Source: a bacterium
Lineage (GTDB): Bacteria; Patescibacteriota; Minisyncoccia; Phycocordibacterales; Phycocordibacteraceae
NCBI GenBank assembly: GCA_021849125.1
Contig: JAJZTG010000001.1
Location: 18,392-82,391, forward strand
DNA: 64,000 bases
Direction of reading: 5' to 3'
The position numbers and the translations under genes were made by a program. Under the pieces are notes generated by a model. The model worked only from the letters and a program-made list of their open reading frames with translations, ran no database searches and had not been told where the DNA came from. Positions 63,262 to 64,000 of this stretch are shown in pieces (within the stretch, counting starts at the first letter, position 1; the number at the start of each line of letters is the position of its first letter).

Positions 63262-64000
63262 CGATAAAGAAATCCTTAAAGGGTTCTGGGTTCTCCGTCA
63301 CGACCCCCGCGCCACGGACGACCGCTGTGAGCGGTTCCGGTGCGACCCGTACCGGCACGCCGAGCATCTTCGCCAAAACCTGTGGGAGGCCGCGCAGGAG
63401 CGCACCGCCGCCGAAGACGGTCACGCCGTTCTCAAGAACGTCCGAAAGAAGCTCCGGCGGCGTCGCTTCGATGACTTCCTTCATCGCATCCATAAGCGCG
63501 TCCAAGGACGGCGTAAGCGCTTCGCGTACGTGACTGTCGGTAAGCACGATCTCGCGCGGGAGACCGGTCGCGAAATCACGACCACGGACGCTCTTCGAGA
63601 GAATCTCGTTAAGCGGCATCACGGAACCGATAGCGATCTTCACTTGTTCGGCCGTCTGCTCGCCGATACCGAGCTTGAACTCGCTCCGCACGTAATCGAT
63701 GATGTTCTCGTTGAAACGGTCGCCTGCGACCTGTGAGCTCTTCGAAGCGACAACGCCATTCAACGATATGACGGCGATATCGGTCGTACCGCCACCGATA
63801 TCGAGCACCATCGTGCCCGTCGCGCTAGAAACTGGCAGCTTTGCCCCGATCGCGCCTGCGACCGGCTCCTCGAGGATGAATGCTTCCCGGGCGCCCGCAT
63901 TCTTCGCCGCATCGCGCACGGCGCGGCTTTGCACGTTGGTCACGCCCGTCGGCACGCCGATAACGACGCGCGGGCCGAAGAGACGCGTACGTCCGTTCTG
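63233..64000 (-). CDS. mreB: rod shape-determining protein MreB (3' portion; gene continues beyond window end)
   Basis: ...RVVIGVPTGVTNVQSRAVRDAAKNAGAREAFILEEPVAGAIGAKLPV...MVLDIGGGTTDIAVISLNGVV matches MreB. The frame is open to position 64000. Confidence 0.9.
   Translation of the reverse strand, partial: QNGRTRLFGPRVVIGVPTGVTNVQSRAVRDAAKNAGAREAFILEEPVAGAIGAKLPVSSATGTMVLDIGGGTTDIAVISLNGVVASKSSQVAGDRFNENIIDYVRSEFKLGIGEQTAEQVKIAIGSVMPLNEILSKSVRGRDFATGLPREIVLTDSHVREALTPSLDALMDAMKEVIEATPPELLSDVLENGVTVFGGGALLRGLPQVLAKMLGVPVRVAPEPLTAVVRGAGVVTENPEPFKDFFIDEEDILSEA

Noticed and set aside
1-64000. Integrase, transposase, phage or toxin-antitoxin genes marking the low-GC inserts
   Set aside because: None of the ORFs shows integrase (R..H..R..Y), DDE transposase or phage structural motifs; the inserts appear to be integrase-less.

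Overview
This 64-kb window is a high-GC stretch of bacterial chromosome, packed almost entirely with housekeeping genes. Core genes run at roughly 60-65% GC; several inserted genes are nearer 45-50%.

What is here:
- **Ribosomal cluster:** infA-rpmJ-rpsM-rpsK-rpsD-rpoA-rplQ and rplM-rpsI, plus rpmA, rplI and rplU elsewhere.
- **Seven aminoacyl-tRNA synthetases:** alaS, tyrS, trpS, an archaeal-type aspS/asnS, gltX, cysS and lysS.
- **Chaperones and DNA metabolism:** grpE-dnaK-dnaJ, scpA/scpB, dnaB, recR and rmuC.
- **Cell wall and shape:** a split dcw cluster (dacA-like, mraY, ftsW, murG on the plus strand; mraZ-rsmH-ftsL-ftsI-murF on the minus strand) and mrdA-mreD-mreC-mreB.
- **Two tRNAs:** tRNA-Tyr(GTA) directly after tyrS, and tRNA-Glu(CTC).

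No CRISPR array, rRNA gene, transposase or integrase is visible.

Lineage peculiarities: core genes have essentially no Shine-Dalgarno sequence, with A/T-rich stretches before the ATG instead. AlaRS lacks the C-terminal domain, L36 has no cysteines, and CorA carries GIH in place of the GMN motif. A reduced-genome lineage such as Patescibacteria/CPR is possible but cannot be established from sequence alone.

The standout accessory content is a four-gene minus-strand operon at 44.9-52.7 kb. It encodes a roughly 1,300-aa tandem-repeat surface protein ending in a dockerin, a membrane-anchored cohesin-domain protein, a CheY-like receiver and a multi-PAS histidine kinase. It sits just downstream of tRNA-Glu, in an AT-rich region carrying duplicated tRNA 3'-end/terminator segments that look like recombination scars.

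Several small lower-GC genes with strong canonical SD sequences are wedged into conserved operons: between scpA and scpB, between dnaK and dnaJ, upstream of grpE, and next to tRNA-Tyr. Two paralogous 40-50-aa tail-anchored membrane peptides flank an orphan TrpF-like gene next to a LOG-family gene.
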